Assembly: GCA_041665485.1 (NCBI GenBank)
Contig: JBAYIT010000001.1
Span: forward strand, 345,399-409,398
Source: Candidatus Shapirobacteria bacterium
GTDB lineage: Bacteria > Patescibacteriota > Microgenomatia > UBA12405
DNA: 64,000 nt
Direction: 5' to 3'
Shown here piece after piece: positions 1-8,043 of this stretch. Below the pieces are notes generated by a model, which was not told the origin of the DNA, did not search any database, and saw only the letters and a program-made list of their open reading frames with translations. Numbering within the stretch: the first letter of the stretch is position 1; each line of letters begins with the position of its first letter. The translations under genes were made by a program, and so were the position numbers.

Positions 1-944
1 AAAAGAATTTAGTTGAAGGGAAAACTATTTATGTGTTTAACGAGGTGTTTGCCCAAGAGTTAAAAAAGAGAGGGTTGGACTCGGAGGAATTAAGACAAAA
101 AATTGTAGCTAATGGGGGGAAGTTGGAGGGGGTGGAGGGGGTACCAGCAGAGTTGCTAGAGATTTATCGGACGGCGCTGGAGATTAGCCCGGAGTGGCAT
201 ATAAAATTGCAAGCAGCGTTTCAAGAACATACCGATAATGCAGTCAGTAAAACGATTAACTTTCCCAAAACAGCTACAGTTGAGGAGGTGAGGCAAGCAT
301 ACAAGCTGGCTTATGGGTTGGGAACGAAGGGGATTACTATATATAGAAGTGGAAGTAGGGAGAAGGAGATTATTCAACAAGTTCAAAAGTTAGAAAGTCC
401 GAAAAGTCCAAAAAGTGAATTGGTAGTGAAAAAGAAGACGCCGGAGGTGGCGAGAGGGGTGAGATTAAGAAAACCTTGTGACGTCGGCAAAGTTTATACA
501 TCGATATTTTTTGAAGAAGGCGATGGGCCGGTGGAAGTGTTTGTGACTTTGGGAAAGAGTGGCGGTTATATGTCTGGAGCAGCCGAGGTGACGGGAAGGT
601 TGGCGTCGTTGGCTCTTAAATATGGAGCAAATTTAGACGAAGTGGCTGACGAATTGGTGGGAATATCCTGTGGCCAGAAAGTGGGGTTGGGAAATGGAGC
701 AGTGCTATCTATGTTTGATGCGGTGGGTAAGTCGCTTTTGGAAATTTCCCGAGGGGAACAATTATCGATGTTTGAGGAAGAAAAAGTAAAGATTAGCCAG
801 AATATTTTGGGAGAAGTGAGGAGTAAGCAGGCGGAGGGTGAAAGTAAGTTTTCCTCGTGCCCCGACTGTGGCAGTCCGCTCTATGCCGAAGAGGGGTGTT
901 TTAAATGTTCTAATAGTTTTTGCGGTTATAGCAAATGTTCGTAA
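1..944 (+). CDS. nrdJ: ribonucleotide reductase, class II adenosylcobalamin-dependent, C-terminal part (5' end outside window)
   Basis: Reading frame of ORF 33..944 is open back to position 3 with no stop. Motifs TINFP and GITIYRSGSR plus terminal CxxC..CxxC zinc ribbon match B12-dependent RNR C-termini. Contains repeat-derived insert VQKLESPKSPKSELVVKK (positions 391-420). Confidence 0.75.
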   Translation, partial: KNLVEGKTIYVFNEVFAQELKKRGLDSEELRQKIVANGGKLEGVEGVPAELLEIYRTALEISPEWHIKLQAAFQEHTDNAVSKTINFPKTATVEEVRQAYKLAYGLGTKGITIYRSGSREKEIIQQVQKLESPKSPKSELVVKKKTPEVARGVRLRKPCDVGKVYTSIFFEEGDGPVEVFVTLGKSGGYMSGAAEVTGRLASLALKYGANLDEVADELVGISCGQKVGLGNGAVLSMFDAVGKSLLEISRGEQLSMFEEEKVKISQNILGEVRSKQAEGESKFSSCPDCGSPLYAEEGCFKCSNSFCGYSKCS

Positions 945-952
945 AACGGCTC

Positions 953-1038
953 ATTGATAAATTTTTGCAGTCCTCGCTACCTTCGGGCTTGACTTCGTCT
1001 TCGCATTCGCTGCGGGCTGAAAAATTATCAATTTCGCC
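953..1038. repeat. 85-bp palindromic element, copy A (ttgataaatttttgcag...cgctaccttcggg...ctgaaaaattatcaa)
   Basis: Outer 15-bp inverted repeat enclosing a conserved core with TTCGGG hairpin. Two further copies at 31481-31577 and 60561-60642 carry compensatory substitutions in the outer stem. Confidence 0.6.
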
Positions 1039-1044
1039 TAACTT

Positions 1045-1527
1045 ATGTCTGTAATTACTAAGATGGGGGATGACGGGGAAAGCCGATTTTTGGGGAAAGT
1101 GCATAGTAAGGATAGTTGTTTACTGGAAACGATAGGAACTTTGGATGAAGTGCAATCAATAATTTCAGTCATCCAGTTACGAGTTACAAGTTACGAGTTA
1201 CAAAATATAGTTAAAGATTTGCAGGGGATTATGGGGGAGTTGGCCACTGGAAAACCAGTTATCGGTTACGAGTTACGAGTTATGAGTTTGGAAAAAGAAA
1301 TAGGAGAAATAGAGAAGAAGTTGCCAAAGCAAGATAAGTTTTTGAGTTTTGAGAAAGAGGGGGCGGTGTATTTGAATTGGACTAGAACGGTGGCGCGTCG
1401 AGCCGAGAGAGTTTTGGTTAAATATAACAAAAAGTGTCAGAATTTGGATCCAAATATTCTTATTTATATCAACCGATTATCTGATTATTTATTTATCCTT
1501 GCACGCGAAGTAGAATCTAAAAGTTAG
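1045..1527 (+). CDS. ATP:cob(I)alamin adenosyltransferase, PduO-type
   Basis: N-terminus MSVITKMGDDGESRFLGKVHSKD and overall size match PduO-type ATR (consensus M.ITKTGDKGET..). Sits beside the B12-dependent RNR. Two in-frame agttacg heptamer-repeat inserts (LRVTSYELQ and IGYELRVMS). Confidence 0.65.
   Translation: MSVITKMGDDGESRFLGKVHSKDSCLLETIGTLDEVQSIISVIQLRVTSYELQNIVKDLQGIMGELATGKPVIGYELRVMSLEKEIGEIEKKLPKQDKFLSFEKEGAVYLNWTRTVARRAERVLVKYNKKCQNLDPNILIYINRLSDYLFILAREVESKS
1175..1288. repeat. agttacg heptamer tandem arrays (two, in-frame inside PduO gene)
   Basis: agttacgagttacaagttacgagttac at 1175-1201 and ggttacgagttacgagttatgagtt at 1264-1288. Same family at 36245-36266 (inside sufS) and 55953-55986 (intergenic). 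Confidence 0.8.
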
Positions 1528-1536
1528 TTGAATTAG

Positions 1537-2688
1537 GTGAAATTCCTAGACAGTGCCGCTACGGTGACAGTCCGAGCCTTGAAGCTTTCGAGCAAAAGTA
1601 TGGAGAGAGATGTCTTAAATAAACAGGTTAATGTTGGGGTTTTGGCGAGGGTTTTTTACCCGTGGGTAAGAAGCCAGATTGATCAACGGCAAGGTGTGGA
1701 TCAGGTTTTGTTGTTGGAGGCGCCGAAGAAGAGAGTGGTTGGTTTTGATCCGGTGGGGGAAGTTGATTATTTGGGTCGAGTTGATTGTTTAGTAAGAAGT
1801 GGGGTATTGGTTAGAGAATTGGCAACACAAACAGCCGAAGATTTGGGGTTAGTAGAACATGTTGGGCATTATGATTTAAGAGACGGAAAGATTTCTGATA
1901 GGCTGTCGGGGGAAAGTTTGGTAGAAATGACTAAACGAGGAGGAGTGACAGATGAGGTGATGGCTTTGGAAAAAATTGAGAAGGGATTAGTAGAAGGGGG
2001 CGGAGTTTGGGTGCATTTTAGTCCAGTAAATGAGGAATTGGGATATCAATTCAATTGTGTTGATTTTTGGCGAGTGGTTGATGGCGAGGTGGTGAGTGTG
2101 CGATTGATGGTTAAGAATGGCGAAGCGGAAATGAGGAATGTTTGGAAGTTAATTAATAATGGAGTTGGTTTGGGTGTGGATGAAAAACTGTTGACTAACC
2201 CAGTGGTGTCGGAGAAACTTAAATTAACCAAACTTTTTGATATGGTTGAGTTGGTGGCGAAAAAAACGGGAGTTAATTTTGAGGAGATTGATAGGGTGGC
2301 CCAGCAAGTGATCGAGTATTTACGTAAAGAAAAAGGAGAAAGATTATTTGAGGATCCGGAACTGATATTGCGTGCATATACAATGGTACACGAGTTTCTA
2401 AAGCCGGGGGTGGTGGTTGAATCTTCCGGATTGGTGGGAATGATTGCCGAAAATTATTTGAGGTATTATGCGGTGGCGCCAATGAATGGGGTAAAACAGA
2501 TTAGAAGTTATGGTTGTGCTGGGAGCAGTACGGTGGGGAATTTTGCCAGTGGGGAGGGGTGGATAATTAGGAATTTGGGGGGGAAATATGTGGTTCAAAA
2601 AGGATCAACGGAAGGAAAAACTTTTTGTAAAGATTGCGGTTGTTGGTATGAGGGAAGTAAATGCCCGTTTTGTTCGAAGGGGGATTGA
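1537..2688 (+). CDS. hypothetical protein with C-terminal CxxC-x-CxxC zinc-ribbon
   Basis: 383-aa ORF with GTG start. C-terminus CKDCGCWYEGSKCPFCSKGD. No family recognised. Confidence 0.5.
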   Translation: MKFLDSAATVTVRALKLSSKSMERDVLNKQVNVGVLARVFYPWVRSQIDQRQGVDQVLLLEAPKKRVVGFDPVGEVDYLGRVDCLVRSGVLVRELATQTAEDLGLVEHVGHYDLRDGKISDRLSGESLVEMTKRGGVTDEVMALEKIEKGLVEGGGVWVHFSPVNEELGYQFNCVDFWRVVDGEVVSVRLMVKNGEAEMRNVWKLINNGVGLGVDEKLLTNPVVSEKLKLTKLFDMVELVAKKTGVNFEEIDRVAQQVIEYLRKEKGERLFEDPELILRAYTMVHEFLKPGVVVESSGLVGMIAENYLRYYAVAPMNGVKQIRSYGCAGSSTVGNFASGEGWIIRNLGGKYVVQKGSTEGKTFCKDCGCWYEGSKCPFCSKGD

Positions 2689-2692
2689 GAAG

Positions 2693-2770
2693 TGGTCAGA
2701 AATGGCTAATAACTAGTCAGGATTGGGGCAATTGAGGTCAAGATGGAGAAAGTGTTATGGGATAAGATAA
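2693..2770 (+). promoter_or_regulatory. conserved upstream module A: three GTCAGGA-like direct repeats at exact 21-bp spacing plus TTGAGG-N17-TTATGG
   Basis: gtcag at 2695, 2716 and 2737 (third is gtcaag, overlapping TTGAGG). Same architecture at 3671-3747 and 9232-9310. Lies directly upstream of ORF 2795. Confidence 0.55.
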
Positions 2771-2794
2771 CGACAATTAACTTTTGATTATTAT

Positions 2795-3241
2795 ATGAAC
2801 AAAAATCTTAAAGAAATACTCTTTCCCAATCTTGGACATGCCTCTGACAATTCAGTGGCAATAGAGAAAATTATGAGAGAAGGTGGGTATGCTAATGAAG
2901 GTGGGTATGCTAATATGGTTAGGGAAATTCGTGGTTCGGCTCAAGGAGTGTTTCTTCGGGCAGAAAGGGTGGGAATTGCAACAGGAGCTCTTATTGGTGG
3001 CCTAGTTTTACCTGCAGTTGCAGTAGCAACTCATAGCTCAGGAAACTTGATTGTGGATGGAATCGCGGGTTTGTGTTTGTCTCTCGTGGTGGGAACTTCT
3101 GGTTTTAAAGCGGGTGGATTTATTGGAGGTGCTATTGGGCAAAGTCAGGCAGATCAAATTATTGAAAAAAGACACAAAGAGATGTTTGGCTTATCATTAG
3201 GAGATCATCTAAACAAACTAAGAAGCAGACAGACAGAATAA
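2795..3241 (+). CDS. hypothetical small membrane protein (glycine-zipper helices)
   Basis: 148-aa ORF. Has GxxxG-rich hydrophobic segments and a 15-bp tandem duplication encoding EGGYANEGGYAN. Preceded by conserved module A. Confidence 0.5.
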   Translation: MNKNLKEILFPNLGHASDNSVAIEKIMREGGYANEGGYANMVREIRGSAQGVFLRAERVGIATGALIGGLVLPAVAVATHSSGNLIVDGIAGLCLSLVVGTSGFKAGGFIGGAIGQSQADQIIEKRHKEMFGLSLGDHLNKLRSRQTE

Positions 3242-3250
3242 AAGAATAAT

Positions 3251-3682
3251 ATGGATGAGGTAAATGCAAAAATAACCAACAAGATTGCGAGTTATCAGAC
3301 AGCGGTTCTTAATCCTCTTTTTGCTGTTATGGATGTTTCCAATGAAGCGAAACAACACTTACTTGAGACTATATCGATGACTATTTTGGGTGACTTTTTT
3401 GTAACTATTGTTGAGGCTATTGCCGACAAAGAAAAACAGCAAAGAGCAGTAGCGATCATTAATAATGATGAATCTAAACCTGAAGATAAATTACAAGCAT
3501 TTTCAAAAATTGTACAAGAGGATAGAGAGTTGCAGAAAGTTGGGGAAAATTTTCTTGATACTAAACTACCTCAATATATAAATGATACCGTTTCGGCCTA
3601 TCTTGCCGTAGCTACTAAAGAACAGAAGGAGGCATATTTTGCCCTCGTGCAGAAAGTAGTTGACTCGACTGGTCAGGAATAG
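3251..3682 (+). CDS. hypothetical protein
   Basis: 143-aa ORF, tightly spaced after 2795 ORF. No recognisable motifs. Confidence 0.45.
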   Translation: MDEVNAKITNKIASYQTAVLNPLFAVMDVSNEAKQHLLETISMTILGDFFVTIVEAIADKEKQQRAVAIINNDESKPEDKLQAFSKIVQEDRELQKVGENFLDTKLPQYINDTVSAYLAVATKEQKEAYFALVQKVVDSTGQE

Positions 3683-3747
3683 ACAAGGATTAGTCAGGAT
3701 AGGGTGAATTGAGGTCAAGATTGAGGAAATGTTATGGGATAGGATAA
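3671..3747 (+). promoter_or_regulatory. conserved upstream module B (3 x GTCAGGA at 21-bp phase + promoter-like spacing)
   Basis: gtcag at 3672, 3693 and gtcaag at 3714. TTGAGG-N17-TTATGG follows. Upstream of ORF 3788. Confidence 0.55.
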
Positions 3748-3787
3748 GTGTGATTTCTTTTAGTTAAAAATTTTAGAATTAAAAAAT

Positions 3788-4831
3788 ATGTCAAGTGTAA
3801 ATTTTGCGCCTGATTACAAAAGTTTATTTCCGCAAACTAATGTCCCCAAAACTGATTTGAGTGAAGATGTCTCTTTTGATGCCACGACTTTAATCGGTGG
3901 GTACAATGCTTTAAATGTCGCTCGCGAGCTGGATCGATATTATGACTACGGATTAGACAGAACGGCGACTAGTGTAGTTGGTTCTAATATGAGTGTGTGG
4001 GCGGATAAAGATGAAAGATTGTGGGGGAAAGAAGGCAATGTTTTGTTTTCTATTGGAGCTGGGCAACTGGATTCAGTTTTGATGTGCAACGTGGCTGATG
4101 CTAAGGGTACTAATATAGGGAGAGGGGTGAGACTAGCCGATCCGACGTTGTCGATGAGTGTTGTTGAGGTGGATGGAAAACTTGTATTTGTCAAAGAAGA
4201 TCCTCGGGGCGATCGGACTACTGCCGGCGTTGATGAATTGGATTTGCCTGCGTTGCAGGCACTTAATGTTTCATTGAATAAATCGGGTTACGGGAGAGAG
4301 GGGGCATTTAGATTATTAGCTGAAGGACTCAAATTATCGCAGGTTGGTGGTGGGGTGGCAGAAAGATTAAGAGAAACTAAGACATTAGACATAATGGTGA
4401 AGACAGCTCTGGAGGTCGAGACAACCATGACTCGTTGTAGTGCAATAGAGGCAGTAAAAAAAATGGTTGCTTATCGCCCACCGGCAAATGCACCAGAGGG
4501 TGTTATTGGACAGTTGGGTAGTCGTTATGATACTGTTGCCAATAATCCAGGTGAAGTCATTTTGGCTTTATGGTTGTTAGATAATAACCCCAAAGCTTTT
4601 GTAGAGAGTGGTGGTATGGATTTTGCCTATATCTTGGTAGAAAAGGTTGGCGAGTGTATTGACGCTTTAATGGAAAACAAAGAGGAGGGTGATGGGTTTA
4701 TTTCTGAGGCTATAAAGAACGGGGATATGTATAAATATTTTTTAGGTGGTGGGGATAGTGCTATGGCTAAACTTGGGGATCTTAAGGCGAAGATCGATGC
4801 GATGAATCCACTAAAAAATATAGCATTTTAA
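3788..4831 (+). CDS. hypothetical protein
   Basis: 347-aa ORF preceded by module B. No family recognised. Confidence 0.5.
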   Translation: MSSVNFAPDYKSLFPQTNVPKTDLSEDVSFDATTLIGGYNALNVARELDRYYDYGLDRTATSVVGSNMSVWADKDERLWGKEGNVLFSIGAGQLDSVLMCNVADAKGTNIGRGVRLADPTLSMSVVEVDGKLVFVKEDPRGDRTTAGVDELDLPALQALNVSLNKSGYGREGAFRLLAEGLKLSQVGGGVAERLRETKTLDIMVKTALEVETTMTRCSAIEAVKKMVAYRPPANAPEGVIGQLGSRYDTVANNPGEVILALWLLDNNPKAFVESGGMDFAYILVEKVGECIDALMENKEEGDGFISEAIKNGDMYKYFLGGGDSAMAKLGDLKAKIDAMNPLKNIAF

Positions 4832-4891
4832 AAAATGTCTTAGGTCTTAGGTTTGGGTTTAGTTTAGAGAGGCTGTGGTATAAATTTAATT

Positions 4892-5194
4892 ATGACCTTC
4901 GACCCGATTGAATTTTTGAAACTAGATAATTTGGAGCCGGAGGAGAAAGATAAAATTAGGCCAAAATTGTTTGAGCACATGGCTTGGTTTTTGATAAATC
5001 GATTCCTTGAAGGTTTTGATGAAAACAAACTGGAGAGTTTTGAGGCAGGGCTGGGGGGTAAAAATGGGGAAGAGATATTGGAGTTAATTAAGAGTTATGA
5101 TGCTGATTTTGAAGAAAAGAAGGTTGATTGGCTGGGAGAATACCGAGCGAATTTTGATTTAAGCAAACTTTACGAGGGGATAAAACATGAATGA
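4892..5194 (+). CDS. hypothetical protein
   Basis: 100-aa acidic ORF. Overlaps the start of the next gene by 8 nt. Confidence 0.4.
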   Translation: MTFDPIEFLKLDNLEPEEKDKIRPKLFEHMAWFLINRFLEGFDENKLESFEAGLGGKNGEEILELIKSYDADFEEKKVDWLGEYRANFDLSKLYEGIKHE

Positions 5195-6686
5195 TCGGGG
5201 ATTGACAGCGGAAAAACCAAAAGGGAAAGATGCCTTGAGTAGTTTGAAATTACGGGTGGCGACAGCAGTAATGGTTGGTTTGGTGGCGGTGACGGGAATC
5301 GGGGCAACAAATACTGGTGGTTTAGATGTGTTGCGGGCGTTGGTGACACCGCAAAAAATAGAGGCAAAGGCTCCGGATGGTGTTGGTCGGACGTTGGTAA
5401 CAGAAAATAGTGGACCATGGGGTTTTGATCGGGTATATAGTGATGGAACTAAGGAAGGTGGGAGAGTTGAGGGTGGACATGAAATGCCAGAACTGATGGT
5501 AGAGGCAACAGAATTAACAGAGGAAGACAGGATGGAACAAGTGGCTGATAATGTGACTAGTATTTTGGGAGTGAATTTGTATTTAGTGGATGGGGTGCCA
5601 GTTGGCTATAGGCAGGTTGATGGGACAATCATTAAACTCAGTCAAGCGGAGATAAATGAAATAAGAACAAAAAGGGAGACGGCGATGGCTTCGGGCAATT
5701 CTACTTTGGCGTTAACTATTCGTACTGGGCCGGAGTTGGTGAACGATGGGCGAGAACGGCCGGAAATTAGACAGTGGCCAGGAGATGTAGTAAGTGATCA
5801 GGAGTTGGTGGCCAAAAAAGTAAAGATCGTAACCCCAGACGGAATGGAACTAAAACTCAAAGATTCTGCTTTTGGCCCGGGAGGTTTTTTGGAGAGATTG
5901 GTAGAGGGAAGGTTGGGTAAAAGTTTACATATTGTTGTTTTGCCGAATACAATGATGGAGATACCTGAAGATTCAAAGTATGACTTGTATCGGGGGCTGG
6001 TGGATAGTCGAGCCGGGGAGGTTAAAGCCTATCGGGATAAAGAGAGCCAGAGATTGGCAGAGGTTATTAAGCAGGGTGGACAGGCAAAATTATGGGCGGA
6101 AATTGAGTTGGCGACGATAAAGCAATTATCAAATGCGGAACTATTGAACTGGATGGTGAACAATGGAGTAGCAGAGAAACAATCTGAGCCGGCGGGAATG
6201 TTTTTGTCGCCTGGGGCAGTGAGGGCTAGGAATCCAAATTCGCCATTAGTAAAAGAGGGAGCAATAGTAGTATTTGTGGGTTGGAATGCTGATGGTGACA
6301 AGGGAATGGTGGTGCCGTTGGTGTGTGGTTCTAGTGGGGAATTTTGGGCCGAATATGGGGGTGGGATTGTTTCCAGTGGAAGTAGAACTGGAGTTTTTGA
6401 TGGTGCTACCAATTTACCAAGAGAACACAAGACTGATCCAGCACGGGCCCCGTATCAGATTGCAGAGACAACGGGTGATGTCATTGTGGCTCATGAAATG
6501 GATCATTTGAAAAAGTGGGCTGATGGAGACCCTAAAAAACCTCACACGGACGAGGGTTTGGTAGACCAAGGGGTGATTGATTATCATGAAGATGCCGGAA
6601 AAACTTTTGATGAATCTGATGGTGTAGATATGTCTAAGTATCAGTTCGCGGTTAGATTGCCAAATAATCGGGTCGTGGTTTTTTGA
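5187..6686 (+). CDS. hypothetical membrane-anchored protein with HExxH motif (possible metallopeptidase)
   Basis: N-terminal hydrophobic segment VATAVMVGLVAVTGIGA. C-terminal VAHEMDHL carries an HExxH motif. No further family assignment possible. Confidence 0.45.
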   Translation: MNDRGLTAEKPKGKDALSSLKLRVATAVMVGLVAVTGIGATNTGGLDVLRALVTPQKIEAKAPDGVGRTLVTENSGPWGFDRVYSDGTKEGGRVEGGHEMPELMVEATELTEEDRMEQVADNVTSILGVNLYLVDGVPVGYRQVDGTIIKLSQAEINEIRTKRETAMASGNSTLALTIRTGPELVNDGRERPEIRQWPGDVVSDQELVAKKVKIVTPDGMELKLKDSAFGPGGFLERLVEGRLGKSLHIVVLPNTMMEIPEDSKYDLYRGLVDSRAGEVKAYRDKESQRLAEVIKQGGQAKLWAEIELATIKQLSNAELLNWMVNNGVAEKQSEPAGMFLSPGAVRARNPNSPLVKEGAIVVFVGWNADGDKGMVVPLVCGSSGEFWAEYGGGIVSSGSRTGVFDGATNLPREHKTDPARAPYQIAETTGDVIVAHEMDHLKKWADGDPKKPHTDEGLVDQGVIDYHEDAGKTFDESDGVDMSKYQFAVRLPNNRVVVF

Positions 6687-6705
6687 TTTAGAGTAAAATG
6701 GGTGA

Positions 6706-8043
6706 ATGGGGAAAGATGATGGCGCTGATAATCCAAAACTGATAGTGGATTTTGGATTGGAGAGGAGGCAATTGACAGATGGGCCGTTGAAGAGATTGAA
6801 TAGAGTGTTAAAAATGCCGTTCAATGGGGCGGTTATAGATCTGTTTGGGGATAATGTAGCCTTGGGTGGAGGCATGGCGACGATGATTTTGGCTGACAGA
6901 CTTGATGGTGAAAGAGTTGGTTTAGGGTGGGTGGGAGAGGATATGTCGCCAATAGCGGGAGCTGTTGGTGATTGTGATTGGTTGGTAAAAAGAGATGATT
7001 GGGACGTGGAGAGAATTGTCGCCGATTTGAACGAGAGTAATAATGGTCGATTTGTGGCGATGGCAGTGGGAGTTGGGGGTGAATACTCGAGGGTGGATAT
7101 TGAGGCTAATGGAGTAATTGTGGCGTCGGTAAGAAATATTGCTTTGGTGGCGGAATATGAAAGAAAGTTAAGAGAATCTTTAGGGGAAGAGGTGGAAGAA
7201 GTGCCTGATTGGGTTTTGGATCTGGCGGGAGCTCCTTTTAAAAATTGGGCGACGATTGAGAAGAGCGGGGAAGGGTGGGAGGTGTTGGGATTCAAAAGAG
7301 ATGGTGGTTTAAATCTGGAAAGAAACGAGTTTTCGACAACTAATGTTGTGAATTTTGAAAAATTATTGCGTGCTGGAAAGCCGGAGGCTTATTTGGTGGC
7401 GGGTGATTTTTTGGCGATGATGGGGAGATTGTTCACATTGAAGTGTTATGGGGCAGGTTTTGGAGATCGGGCTGAAGACATGCAGAAGATAATGGCTGAA
7501 TTTGGACAATTTTTCCAACTGGCGGAAGGATTTAAAAAAAAGCAATACAACTCATCTAGATCAAGATTGGCGGAAAGGATGGCATTGGGTTTGGCTTTTG
7601 ATGTCGATGCTGGCAGGCAAATGCTGATTAAAACTGGCTTAATGGCTGTATTTTCAGAAAAATTGGCGGGAAAAATTAGTGAACTTAGTAACCTCGAGAA
7701 TCAAGCAAAGTTTTCTAATGCATTCGATCTAGTAAATTATTTTGACAATGGATTGAAGATAAGAGATATAGGAAGATTGTTGGTAGTGTTGGGAATAGGT
7801 TGTGGTTTAAACCGAGAAGAATATCTTGAAGTAATGGAGGAAATGAGACAATATTGGAACCCGAGGCCGATTGATAAAGTGGCAAAATGGGGTGGCCGAG
7901 GTGGGTTTGACGTGAGCTTGAGAGAGAGAGGTTTTAGTGAAGTGTTTGATGATGAACAGGTAAGAAGTTGGCAAAGATTGGAAACCAGAAAACCCGAAGA
8001 GACGGAGAAGTTGGTTGGATGGTTGGTTGATGTAGTAAAATGA
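6706..8043 (+). CDS. hypothetical protein
   Basis: 445-aa ORF. Its stop overlaps the start of the next gene (ATGA at 8040-8043). Confidence 0.5.
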   Translation: MGKDDGADNPKLIVDFGLERRQLTDGPLKRLNRVLKMPFNGAVIDLFGDNVALGGGMATMILADRLDGERVGLGWVGEDMSPIAGAVGDCDWLVKRDDWDVERIVADLNESNNGRFVAMAVGVGGEYSRVDIEANGVIVASVRNIALVAEYERKLRESLGEEVEEVPDWVLDLAGAPFKNWATIEKSGEGWEVLGFKRDGGLNLERNEFSTTNVVNFEKLLRAGKPEAYLVAGDFLAMMGRLFTLKCYGAGFGDRAEDMQKIMAEFGQFFQLAEGFKKKQYNSSRSRLAERMALGLAFDVDAGRQMLIKTGLMAVFSEKLAGKISELSNLENQAKFSNAFDLVNYFDNGLKIRDIGRLLVVLGIGCGLNREEYLEVMEEMRQYWNPRPIDKVAKWGGRGGFDVSLRERGFSEVFDDEQVRSWQRLETRKPEETEKLVGWLVDVVK

